Assembly: GCA_046315175.1 (NCBI GenBank)
Contig: JBKDBK010000002.1
Span: 4,388 to 68,387, forward strand
Length of the DNA: 64,000 bases
DNA from: Opitutia bacterium
GTDB lineage: Bacteria; Verrucomicrobiota; Verrucomicrobiia; Opitutales; UBA953
Reading direction: 5' to 3'
Shown one piece after another: positions 29,565 to 38,014 of the stretch; position 1 is the stretch's first letter, and the number at the start of each line of letters is the position of its first letter. The notes under the pieces were generated by a model, which was not told the origin of the DNA, did not search any database, and was given only the letters and a program-made list of their open reading frames with translations. Position numbers and translations under genes: made by a program.

Positions 29565-32500
29565 TTATTGTAGACGCTTGGCCCTTGGTTCCAATCCGAT
29601 TCGGAGGGCGGTGGCCAGCGCGGGCGCCGTCGGGGAGCCCTTTTTTCCGGCCAAGCCCTCGGGCGGGCCTTGGTGCAGCAGGCGCCCGCCCCCGGCGCCG
29701 CCCTCGGGGCCGATTTCCACGAGCCAGTCGGCCTCGGCGAGGATGTCGGGATGGTGCTCGATGACGACCACGGTGTGGCCTTGGTCGACCAGCTCGTGGA
29801 GCAGGGCGAGGAGCTTGCGGATGTCGGCCGGGTGCAGGCCGATGCTGGGCTCCTCGAGGAGGTAGAGGTTGGGTTGGATCCGGCCCCGCGCGCGCTCGGC
29901 GAAGGTGGGCAACCCGCGGATCAGCTCGCTGACCAGCTTCAGGCGCTGCGCCTCGCCGCCCGAGAGCGTCGGGCTGCTTTGACCGAGGGCGAGGTAGCCG
30001 AGCCCCGTCCGGGCCATCAGGCCGCACATCTCGCGCAGGCGGATGTCGCTCCCGAGGAAGTCGGCCGCCTCGGCGAAGGTCATCGCGAGGATGTCGGCCG
30101 CCGACTTGCCGTTCCAGCGGATGGAGCCCGCCACCGGCCCGAAGCGGCTGCCGCCGCAGGCCTCGCAGGGGACATAGGTCTCCGGCAGGAAGCTCATCTC
30201 GAGGCGGGCGCGGCCCGCGCCGGAGCACGCCTCGCAGCGCCCGCCCGGGGTGTTGAACGAGAAGAAGCCCGGCCCGAGGCCGCGCAGCGCCGCCTCGGGC
30301 AGCTTGGCCAGCCGCTCGCGCACGAGGTCCCACGCCCCGATGTAGGTGGCGGGCGTCGAGCGCGGCGTCTTGCCGATGGGGTCCTGGTCGACGACCACCA
30401 GCTGCCGCAGGCCGCGCAGGCCGCGCAGCTCGCGGAAGGCCCGGTCGCCGAGGCCGAGCGCGGCGCCGTCGGAGGCCTTGGCGCCATCCCTCCCGCGCTG
30501 GATGGCCTGCCGGGCAACCGGCGCGAGGAGGTCGGAGAGCAGGGTGGACTTGCCCGCGCCCGAGACGCCCGCCACCACGCAGAGGCGCCCGCGCGGCAGC
30601 CGCAGGTCGAAGCCGCGCAGGTTGCGCAGCGCGGCGCCGTCCAGCTCGATCCAGCCCTCCGGGGCCTCCTTGCCGCGCGGGTTCACCGGCCGCCGGGAGC
30701 CGCGCATCGGGTGCGCCATCGGCTCCCGCAGCGCCGCGCCGGTCAGCGAGCCCGCGGTTGCCATCACCTCGCGCACCGTGCCTTGGGCGAGGATGCGGCC
30801 GCCGTCGCGCCCGGCGCCCGGCCCCATGTCCACCACCCGGTCGGCCGCCCGCATGGTGTCCTCGTCGTGCTCCACGACCAGCACGGTGTTGCCGCGGTCG
30901 CGCAGCGCCTTGAGCGAGTCGATCAGCCGGTCGTTGTCCCTCGGGTGCAACCCGATGCTCGGCTCGTCGAGCACGTAGAGCGCGCCCGAGAGGGTGGACC
31001 CAAGCTGCGAGGCGAGCCGGATGCGCTGGGCCTCCCCGCCGGAGAGCGTGTCGGCCGGGCGGTCGAGCGCGAGATAGCCCAGGCCCACTCCCGAGAGGAA
31101 GTCGAGCCGGGCCGCGATTTCCGGCAGGAGGGCGTCGGCCACCGCCCGCTCGCGCGCGGCCAGCCTCAGCCCGCGCAGGAAGGCGAGCCCCTCCGACGGC
31201 GGCAGGGCGAGCAGCCCGGGGAGGGAGAGCGAGCGGGAGCCCTCGCCCAGGCGGATGTTCCTGCCCAGCGGGGCGAGGCGCGCCCCCGAGCAGGCCGGGC
31301 AGACGGCCTCGCCCACGCGGTCCGCCAGCGCGTCCTCGTTGAGCGTCTCCGCCTCGTCGGCCGCGAACCGCTCGATGACGCGGCCGTGCCCGCGGCAGGC
31401 GGGACACCAGCCGCGGGGGGAGTTCCAGGAGAGGTGCTTTGGGTCGATCTCGGGGTAGGCCTCGCCCGTCGCCGCGTCGACCCGCGCGGTGGAGAGGAGC
31501 GCGACCTCGCGGCCGCGGGCGTCGACCAGCGCGACGACGCCCTTCCCGATGCGCAGGGCCTCGCGCGCCGCGGCCCGGAGCGCCCGCTCGCCCTTCCCGG
31601 GCTCGGCGCCGGGCCGGGTGACGGCGCCGCGCGGGCCGAGGTCGGCCACCACGGCGTCGACGTCGTGCTCGCGGTAACGGTCCAGGCCCTTGAAGCCGGT
31701 CGCGTCGACCAGCTCGCCGTCGCACCTCAGCCGCGACATCCCGTGGTCCAGCGCCCACTCGGCCAGCGGCCGGTGGTGGCCCTTTCGCCCGCGCACAAGC
31801 GGGGCGGCCAGGTGAAGGATCCCCTTTGCGCCCGCGGCGAGCTCCGCCAGCCGCCGCACCACCGCGTCCTCGGTCAGGCTCACCAGGGGCTTGCCCGTGG
31901 AGGGGCTGTGCGGGGTTCCCGCCCGCGCGTAGAGCACCCGGAGGTACTGGGCCACCTCCGTGACCGTGGCCACGGTGGACTTCGAGGAGCCGCGGGTGAC
32001 GCGCTGCTCGATCGCGACCGCCGGCGGCAGGCCGCGGAGCGCGTCCAGGTCGGGCTTGGGCAGCTGCTCGACGAACTGGCGCGCATAGGCCGAGACGCAC
32101 TCGAGGTACCGCCGCTGGCCCTCGGCGAAGAGGATGTCGAAGGCCAGGGTCGACTTGCCCGAGCCGGAGACGCCCGTCAGCACGGTCAGCTGGCCGTGCG
32201 GCAGGTCGAGGGAGACATCCCGCAGGTTGTGCTCGCGTCCGCCTCGCAACTCGATCGCCCGGGTTCGGGCCTGCCTCGGCGCCGCCGCGGACGGGGCGAA
32301 GGCGTCGGATTCCGAGGCCAGCAGCCGGCCCGTCGGGGTCGTGCCCCGGGCCAAGTCGGCCGGAGTCCCCTCCGCCACGAGCCGCCCGCCCGCCGGTCCC
32401 GCCTCGGGGCCGAGCTCGGCGAGCCAGTCGCAGGCGGCCAGCACGTCGCGGTGGTGCTCGACCACGACCAGCGAGTGGCCGCGGCCGGCGAGCCGCTGGA

Positions 32501-35129
32501 GCAGGCCGAGCAGCCGGTCCACGTCCTCGCGGTGCAGCCCGGTCGTGGGCTCGTCGAGCAGCAGCAGGGCGCCGTCCGGTCGCTTGCCGCGCGCCTTGGC
32601 GCCCCGTCCCTTCCGGACGGGCTCGCGGTCGAGCTCGCCGAGGAAACGGACCAGCTTGAGGCGCTGCGCCTCGCCGCCCGAGAGCGTGGTCAGCGGCTGG
32701 CCCAGGCGCAGGTACCCCAGGCCGACCTCCTCGAGAACGGCGAGCTGCCCGGTCGCGGGCGTGCGCGCGCCGAGGAAGGCGCGAGCCTCCGCCACCGTCA
32801 TGCCGAGCAGGTCCGCGACGGATTGACCGTCCACCTTCAGCCGCAGGATCTCGTCCCGGAACCGCTTGCCCTCGCAGGCGGGGCAGGGGACGGCGACGTC
32901 CGACAGGAACTGCATCTCGACCGTCTCCCAGCCCGCGCCGCCGCAGCGCTCGCAGCGGCCCTCGCCCGCGTTGAAGGAGAAGTGCGAGGGCGTGAGACCC
33001 TCGGCCTTCGCCGCCTCGCTGTTGCCCAGCCAGTTGCGGATGGCGTCCCAAGCCCCGGTGTAGAGGGCCGGGTTCGAGCGCGGCGTCCGGGTTACCGGCG
33101 ATTGGTCGACCAGCGCGACCTCCGACACCGCCTGGCCGAGCCGAACCCAGCCCGGGTCCTCGCCTCGCGCCTCGCCCGTCTCCGGGTCGCGGCCGCCCAG
33201 CACCTGGTGCAGGAGCGTCGACTTGCCCGACCCGGATACGCCGCAGAGGCCGACCAAACGGCCCATGGGCAGCGACACGCGGAAGTCGCGCAGGTTGTTC
33301 GCGGACGCGCCGCGCACCTCGATGCGCGGCGTCGAGGCCGTCACCGGGCGGCCCGCCGACGCGGCCGGCCGGCGCCTGCCCGAGAGCCACTCGCCCGTGG
33401 CCGAGCCCTTGGCCCTCGTCACGCCCGCCGGCGGCCCCTCGTAGACGAGCCGGCCGCCCTCGGCGCCGGGGCGCGGCCCGATCTCGATCAGCCAGTCGGC
33501 CGACCGCATGACCGACTCGTCGTGCTCGACCACGACCACCGTGTTGCCTTGGTCGACCAGGCTGCGGAGAATCCCGACCATGCGGCCGATGTCCCGCGCG
33601 TGCATGCCCACGCTGGGCTCGTCGAGGATGAAGACCGTGTCGGCCAGCGCCGCGCCCAGGCACGAGGTCAGGTTGACCCGCTGGACCTCGCCGCCGGACA
33701 GCGTGCGGGAAAGCCGGTCGAGCGCGAGGTAGCCAAGGCCGACCGTCTCGAGGTAGCCCAGCCGCGCGAGGATGGCCTCGTGCGCGTGCTCCGCCGGGTG
33801 GCGGGCCTTGGCCGGCCGCCCCGGCTCCAGGCGGGCGCGGAGCTCGGTCACCGTCAGCCGATACAGCTCGGGGAGCGTCGAACCCTCCCATCGCCAGCAG
33901 AGCGACTCCGGCTGGAAGCGGGCGCCGGCGCAGCCAGGGCACGTCTCGTAGGCCCGGTAACGCGAGAGGAAGACGCGCACATGCATCTTGTAGGTGGTCG
34001 ACTCAAGCCAGCGGAAAAAGCCGCGGATGCCGTACCACTTGCTCGACCACTCGCCCGGCTGGTAATCCGGCTGCCCGTCGCGCACGAGGTCGCGCTGGGC
34101 CTCGGTCAGCGCCGACCAGGGCCGGTCGACCGGGATTCCCCTGGCGCGGCAGGCGCGCATGAGGTCGCGCTGGCTCTCGCCGTAGACCGAGCCTTGGAAG
34201 GGGGCGATCGCGCCCTCGGCCAGCGAGAGCGACGGGTCGGGGATGATCTTGGACCAGTCGAGGCCGATCACCCGCCCGAAGCCGCGGCAGGCGGGACACG
34301 CCCCGAGCGGGGAGTTGAAGGAGAAGAGTCCCGGCGTCGCCGGGCGGAAGCGTCGGCCGTCCACCGGCGACTCCAGGTGCTCGGAGACCCGCAGCCGCTC
34401 TCCGCCCTCGGACCCGAGCAGCCGGATGCGCCCCCCGCCGAGCCGGAAGGCCGCGCGCGCCGCCTCGTCGAAGCGCCCGCGCTCCCCGTCCGCCAGGCGC
34501 AGGCGATCCTGCGCCACGGTGATCTCGGCCAGGCTTTCCGGCAGCGCCTCCTCGCCCAGCCGCGCCCAGCGGTCGCCCGCCCAGGCACGCGTGAAGCCGG
34601 CGCGCGCGAATTCGCCCGCCACCGCCTTCCAATCCAGGCCCTCGGGCTTGGCCACCGCGAAGCCGACCACGCACTCGCCGTCGCCGAGGGCCGCCCGCCC
34701 CCGCTCCCAGGCCGCCTCGGCGCCCCCGGGGCGGATGACGCGGCCGTCCGCGGGGTCGACCAGCTCCGCGCGGTGGGCGAACCACACCTTGAACCAGTCG
34801 CAGAGCTCGGTCATCGTGCCGACGGTCGAGCGCGAGGTGCGCACGGCGTTGCCCTGGCGGATGGCGACCGACGGGCGGATGTTCTCCGCCGAGTCGAGCG
34901 CGGGCGCCGGAAGCAGCTCGAGGAACTGGCGCACATAGGGCGAGAAGGTCTCGACGTAGCGCCGCTGCCCCTCGGCGTGCAGCGTGTCGAAGACAAGCGA
35001 CGACTTGCCCGCCCCGCTCAGGCCGGTGACGACGACCAGCTTCCCGACGGGGATGTCGACGTCCAGGTCCTTCAGGTTGTTCTGGCGCACGCCGCGCAGG
35101 CGGATGCTCTCGGGGGTTCGGCGCGACAT
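29565..35129 (-). CDS. tandem-duplicated UvrA-like ABC ATPase (two UvrA units fused in one polypeptide)
   Basis: Four Walker A loops (GLSGAGKSS, GVSGSGKST twice, GVSGAGKST), four LSGGE signatures and four LDEP/LEEP Walker B motifs. UvrA-type CxxC zinc modules occur in both halves. Start chosen at MSRRTPESIRLRGVRQNNL. Confidence 0.9.
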   Translation of the reverse strand: MSRRTPESIRLRGVRQNNLKDLDVDIPVGKLVVVTGLSGAGKSSLVFDTLHAEGQRRYVETFSPYVRQFLELLPAPALDSAENIRPSVAIRQGNAVRTSRSTVGTMTELCDWFKVWFAHRAELVDPADGRVIRPGGAEAAWERGRAALGDGECVVGFAVAKPEGLDWKAVAGEFARAGFTRAWAGDRWARLGEEALPESLAEITVAQDRLRLADGERGRFDEAARAAFRLGGGRIRLLGSEGGERLRVSEHLESPVDGRRFRPATPGLFSFNSPLGACPACRGFGRVIGLDWSKIIPDPSLSLAEGAIAPFQGSVYGESQRDLMRACRARGIPVDRPWSALTEAQRDLVRDGQPDYQPGEWSSKWYGIRGFFRWLESTTYKMHVRVFLSRYRAYETCPGCAGARFQPESLCWRWEGSTLPELYRLTVTELRARLEPGRPAKARHPAEHAHEAILARLGYLETVGLGYLALDRLSRTLSGGEVQRVNLTSCLGAALADTVFILDEPSVGMHARDIGRMVGILRSLVDQGNTVVVVEHDESVMRSADWLIEIGPRPGAEGGRLVYEGPPAGVTRAKGSATGEWLSGRRRPAASAGRPVTASTPRIEVRGASANNLRDFRVSLPMGRLVGLCGVSGSGKSTLLHQVLGGRDPETGEARGEDPGWVRLGQAVSEVALVDQSPVTRTPRSNPALYTGAWDAIRNWLGNSEAAKAEGLTPSHFSFNAGEGRCERCGGAGWETVEMQFLSDVAVPCPACEGKRFRDEILRLKVDGQSVADLLGMTVAEARAFLGARTPATGQLAVLEEVGLGYLRLGQPLTTLSGGEAQRLKLVRFLGELDREPVRKGRGAKARGKRPDGALLLLDEPTTGLHREDVDRLLGLLQRLAGRGHSLVVVEHHRDVLAACDWLAELGPEAGPAGGRLVAEGTPADLARGTTPTGRLLASESDAFAPSAAAPRQARTRAIELRGGREHNLRDVSLDLPHGQLTVLTGVSGSGKSTLAFDILFAEGQRRYLECVSAYARQFVEQLPKPDLDALRGLPPAVAIEQRVTRGSSKSTVATVTEVAQYLRVLYARAGTPHSPSTGKPLVSLTEDAVVRRLAELAAGAKGILHLAAPLVRGRKGHHRPLAEWALDHGMSRLRCDGELVDATGFKGLDRYREHDVDAVVADLGPRGAVTRPGAEPGKGERALRAAAREALRIGKGVVALVDARGREVALLSTARVDAATGEAYPEIDPKHLSWNSPRGWCPACRGHGRVIERFAADEAETLNEDALADRVGEAVCPACSGARLAPLGRNIRLGEGSRSLSLPGLLALPPSEGLAFLRGLRLAARERAVADALLPEIAARLDFLSGVGLGYLALDRPADTLSGGEAQRIRLASQLGSTLSGALYVLDEPSIGLHPRDNDRLIDSLKALRDRGNTVLVVEHDEDTMRAADRVVDMGPGAGRDGGRILAQGTVREVMATAGSLTGAALREPMAHPMRGSRRPVNPRGKEAPEGWIELDGAALRNLRGFDLRLPRGRLCVVAGVSGAGKSTLLSDLLAPVARQAIQRGRDGAKASDGAALGLGDRAFRELRGLRGLRQLVVVDQDPIGKTPRSTPATYIGAWDLVRERLAKLPEAALRGLGPGFFSFNTPGGRCEACSGAGRARLEMSFLPETYVPCEACGGSRFGPVAGSIRWNGKSAADILAMTFAEAADFLGSDIRLREMCGLMARTGLGYLALGQSSPTLSGGEAQRLKLVSELIRGLPTFAERARGRIQPNLYLLEEPSIGLHPADIRKLLALLHELVDQGHTVVVIEHHPDILAEADWLVEIGPEGGAGGGRLLHQGPPEGLAGKKGSPTAPALATALRIGLEPRAKRLQ

Positions 35130-35177
35130 GGAAACCCGCCAACGGAGGGGAATCGGCCGGCTTGGCAAGCGACCCGC

Positions 35178-35738
35178 TCAGCCCGCCCGCACCAGGCCGG
35201 AGGGCGCGCAAAGCCAGCCAACCCTCCGGTCGTGAGGCTCGGTCGGCACGCGCTCGACCAGCTGGAAGTCGTGGCACCAGCCCACCGTCGCCGTCCCGGC
35301 GGGCAGCATCGCGAGCAGGCGGTCGTAATCGCCCCCGCCTTGGCCTAGCCGATTGCCGAGCCGATCAAAGGCGATCCCTGGCGCGAGGACCAGGTCGTGG
35401 TCGGCCGCGGCGACCGCGGTCGCCGTCGCCGGCGGCTCAGGTATCCCGTGGGGACCCGCCGCCAGACCCAAGGGGCTGGAAGCCAGCCGGAGCTCCATGC
35501 CGGCGGCCCCCTGGCGGGGCAACGCGACCCGCTTGCCCGCCGCAAGCGCGGCGGCGAGCAGGAGGTCCGTCGGGAGCTCCCCGCGCGTCGCCACGTGGAG
35601 CGCAACCGCGCGGGCCGAGCGCCAGCAGTCATGGGCGAGCAGCGCCGCGGCCGCGCGCGCCTCCGCCTCCCGCTGCGCGGCCTCCCCGAGCGCCCGGCGG
35701 CGGGCGCGCATCTCGGAGCGCAGGGCGGCCTTGTCCAT
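35178..35738 (-). CDS. 5-formyltetrahydrofolate cyclo-ligase
   Basis: About 186 aa. ...LVLAPGIAFDRLGNRLGQGGGDYDR is characteristic of the MTHFS family. Confidence 0.85.
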   Translation of the reverse strand: MDKAALRSEMRARRRALGEAAQREAEARAAAALLAHDCWRSARAVALHVATRGELPTDLLLAAALAAGKRVALPRQGAAGMELRLASSPLGLAAGPHGIPEPPATATAVAAADHDLVLAPGIAFDRLGNRLGQGGGDYDRLLAMLPAGTATVGWCHDFQLVERVPTEPHDRRVGWLCAPSGLVRAG

Positions 35739-35740
35739 GC

Positions 35741-36601
35741 TCAGAACATCCGGTCGAGCACGAGCGCCAGCAGGACCAGCGGCAGGTAGAGCAGCGAGAA
35801 GAGGAAGAACGGTCGCGCGGCCTCGGCCCGGGTGGCGCCCCGGTGGAAGCGCAGGCCCAGCCGGGCGAAACCGATGCCGGCGAGGATCGCCACCGCCGCG
35901 TAGGCGACCAGGGAGGGGTCGAGCAGGACGGGCGCGGCCGAGGCGGCCAAGGTGCCCGCGAGGAAGAGCGAGGATTGCCGGGCGGCCGACTCGCCGCTCG
36001 GATCCTCCACCGTCGCGACCCGGAATCCTCCGGCCGCGTAGTCGTCGCGCCACAGCACGGCCAGACCCATGAAATGGGGGACCTGCCAGCAGAACAGGAG
36101 GCCGAAGATCGCCAGGTCGAAGGCCCCCACCGTGCCGGTGCGGGCCGTCGAGCCGATGAGCACCGGAAGGGCTCCGGGCAGCGAGCCCGCCACCGTGCAC
36201 CAAGGGGTGCGGCACTTCAGCGGCGTGTAGAGGAAGAGGTAGGTGACGGCCGTCGCGGCGGTCATCGCCATGGCGGCGAAGTTCGCGCCGTGTCCGACCG
36301 CGGCCAGCCCGGCGGCGAGCAGGACCGAACCGAAGACGAGGGCTTGGCTTGGGCGCAGCGCGCCGGAGGGCAAGGGGCGGCCCGCCGTCCGGCGCATGCG
36401 CGCGTCCGGCCCGCGCTCCATCCACTGGTTGAGCGCCCCGCAGGCGCCCGCGGCCAGCGCCGTGCCGAGGGTCAGCCAGCCGAGCGTGGTCCAGGAGGCG
36501 CCACCGCCCGGCACGGCCGCGAGGTAACCCGCCACCGCGGTCAGCACCGCGAGAAGGGAGAGTCGGGGCTTGGTCAGCTCCCAGTAGGCCCGCCTGCTCA
36601 T
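35741..36601 (-). CDS. ctaB: protoheme IX farnesyltransferase (heme O synthase)
   Basis: UbiA-family membrane protein: YWELTKPRLSLL..., NQWMERGPDARMRRTAGRPLPSG. ATG overlaps the ctaA stop (ATGA). Confidence 0.9.
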   Translation of the reverse strand: MSRRAYWELTKPRLSLLAVLTAVAGYLAAVPGGGASWTTLGWLTLGTALAAGACGALNQWMERGPDARMRRTAGRPLPSGALRPSQALVFGSVLLAAGLAAVGHGANFAAMAMTAATAVTYLFLYTPLKCRTPWCTVAGSLPGALPVLIGSTARTGTVGAFDLAIFGLLFCWQVPHFMGLAVLWRDDYAAGGFRVATVEDPSGESAARQSSLFLAGTLAASAAPVLLDPSLVAYAAVAILAGIGFARLGLRFHRGATRAEAARPFFLFSLLYLPLVLLALVLDRMF

Positions 36602-37542
36602 GTCGTGGCGGGCGTCGCGCGCCGCAGGTGCATCAGGGCGAGCGCGCAGGTGCCGGAGAAGAGGACCGCCCCGATGATGACGTGCACGGTGCGCACGTGC
36701 GGGTTGGCGGGCAGGCCGATGGCGAGGATGCCGAGCGCCAGCTGCAGCGCGAGCGCGCCGGACACCAGACCCACGAGCCGCCTCGGCGCCCCGGCCCGCC
36801 ACGCGGCGGCGAGGAGCCAGGCCACGCCGGCGGCGGCCAGCAGGGCGCCCGCCCGGTGGGCGGCGTTGACCGCCCAGATCCAGCCCTGGCCCTGGTCGGG
36901 AAGAAAGAGCGCTCCGCCGTCCGAGACCCAGAGCGTCACGCGGTTCTGGCGCATGACCGCGCCGGCCACCATCACCGCGAGCAGGAGAGCGGGAGCGGCG
37001 ATGGCCGCGACGCGCAGCCCGCGTCCCGGAGCCGCCTTGAACTCGCGCCAGGAGCGCGTGTGGGCGAGGGTGAGGCAGGCGAGGAGCGCCACGGTCAGCT
37101 GCGCGGTCACCGCGTGGGCGATGCCGAAGCCGACGCCCCCCATGTTGTGCTCCGTTCCGGTGTTCTGCTGGTCGAGGAGGACCCGCAGCCCCCCCAGCAG
37201 GCCTTGAAAGACCACCAAGCCGGCGAGGGCGTAGGCCGCGAGGCGCACGGCGGGGCGCGGCTCGCGCAGGCGGTGCGCCAAGGCCACGCCCGCCAGCAGC
37301 AGGCCGAACTTCGCGGCGGCGAGCCGGTGCGAGTGCTCGGCGAACATGTCGAGGTCGGTCAGCCAGCCGGGCGGGTTGACCGAGCCGTTGGAGAGGGGCC
37401 AGTCGAGGAAGGCCATGCCGGCGCCGATGGAGGTGGTGAACCCGCCCGCCTGGAAGACCACGATGGCCCAGGCGAGGGCGAAGGCGCAAAAGCCAAGCAG
37501 GAACCGGTCCGGTCCGCGTTCATGCCTCGCTGTGTTCTCCAT
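36598..37542 (-). CDS. ctaA: COX15/CtaA family heme A synthase
   Basis: Multi-TM protein with FLDWPLSNG and FAEHSHRL motifs. Located upstream of ctaB. Confidence 0.8.
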   Translation of the reverse strand: MENTARHERGPDRFLLGFCAFALAWAIVVFQAGGFTTSIGAGMAFLDWPLSNGSVNPPGWLTDLDMFAEHSHRLAAAKFGLLLAGVALAHRLREPRPAVRLAAYALAGLVVFQGLLGGLRVLLDQQNTGTEHNMGGVGFGIAHAVTAQLTVALLACLTLAHTRSWREFKAAPGRGLRVAAIAAPALLLAVMVAGAVMRQNRVTLWVSDGGALFLPDQGQGWIWAVNAAHRAGALLAAAGVAWLLAAAWRAGAPRRLVGLVSGALALQLALGILAIGLPANPHVRTVHVIIGAVLFSGTCALALMHLRRATPATT

Positions 37543-37588
37543 GGGCGGGAGTGGAAGGGTTTGTCGGCCCGGGGCAAGCCGAGTCCCC

Positions 37589-38014
37589 TCAGGCCCCGGC
37601 CGCGTGCCGGCCGAAGGCCCGGATGCGCCCCACGAGGTTGGACAGGCCGTTGCGGCGGTTGGGGGAAAGGTGCTGGGTCACGCCGACCTCGGAGAGGAAA
37701 TCGGCGTCGGTCGCCGCGACCTCCGCGGGGGTGGCCCCGTCGTAGAGCTCGCAGACCAGGGTGGCGACGCCCTTGGTGATGAGCGAGTCGGCGTCGCAGC
37801 GGAAGCGGCAGGCGCCCGCCTCGACCGTCGGATGGAGCCAGAGGTTCGAGGTGCACCCCTCGATCAGGAGGCTCGGCACCTTGAACTCAGCGGGCAGGCC
37901 CGGGGCTCCCTTGGCCCGGTCGATGATGTACTGGAACCGCTCGTGCGGGTCCTCGAAGGGCGCCAGCTCGGCGACCAGGGCGGCGCGCTTTTCCGCGAGC
38001 GTCATGAGGGGCAT
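37589..38014 (-). CDS. sufE: SufE family cysteine desulfuration protein
   Basis: FEDPHERFQYIID...IEGCTSNLWL...SNLVGRIR pattern. Confidence 0.9.
   Translation of the reverse strand: MPLMTLAEKRAALVAELAPFEDPHERFQYIIDRAKGAPGLPAEFKVPSLLIEGCTSNLWLHPTVEAGACRFRCDADSLITKGVATLVCELYDGATPAEVAATDADFLSEVGVTQHLSPNRRNGLSNLVGRIRAFGRHAAGA

Noticed and set aside
29670-35348. 1,892-aa ORF on the plus strand antisense to the UvrA-UvrA gene, plus a 1,607-aa out-of-frame minus-strand ORF at 29119..33942.
   Set aside because: The products are Arg/Gly/Ala/Pro-rich low-complexity sequence with no motifs. In GC3-saturated genes the alternative and antisense frames rarely contain stop codons. The UvrA frame carries all the conserved motifs.
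35130-35760. A 6S RNA (ssrS), which is commonly found next to the 5-formyltetrahydrofolate cyclo-ligase gene.
   Set aside because: The MTHFS gene is only 2 nt from ctaB upstream and 48 nt from the UvrA-like gene downstream. There is no room for an RNA of about 180 nt.
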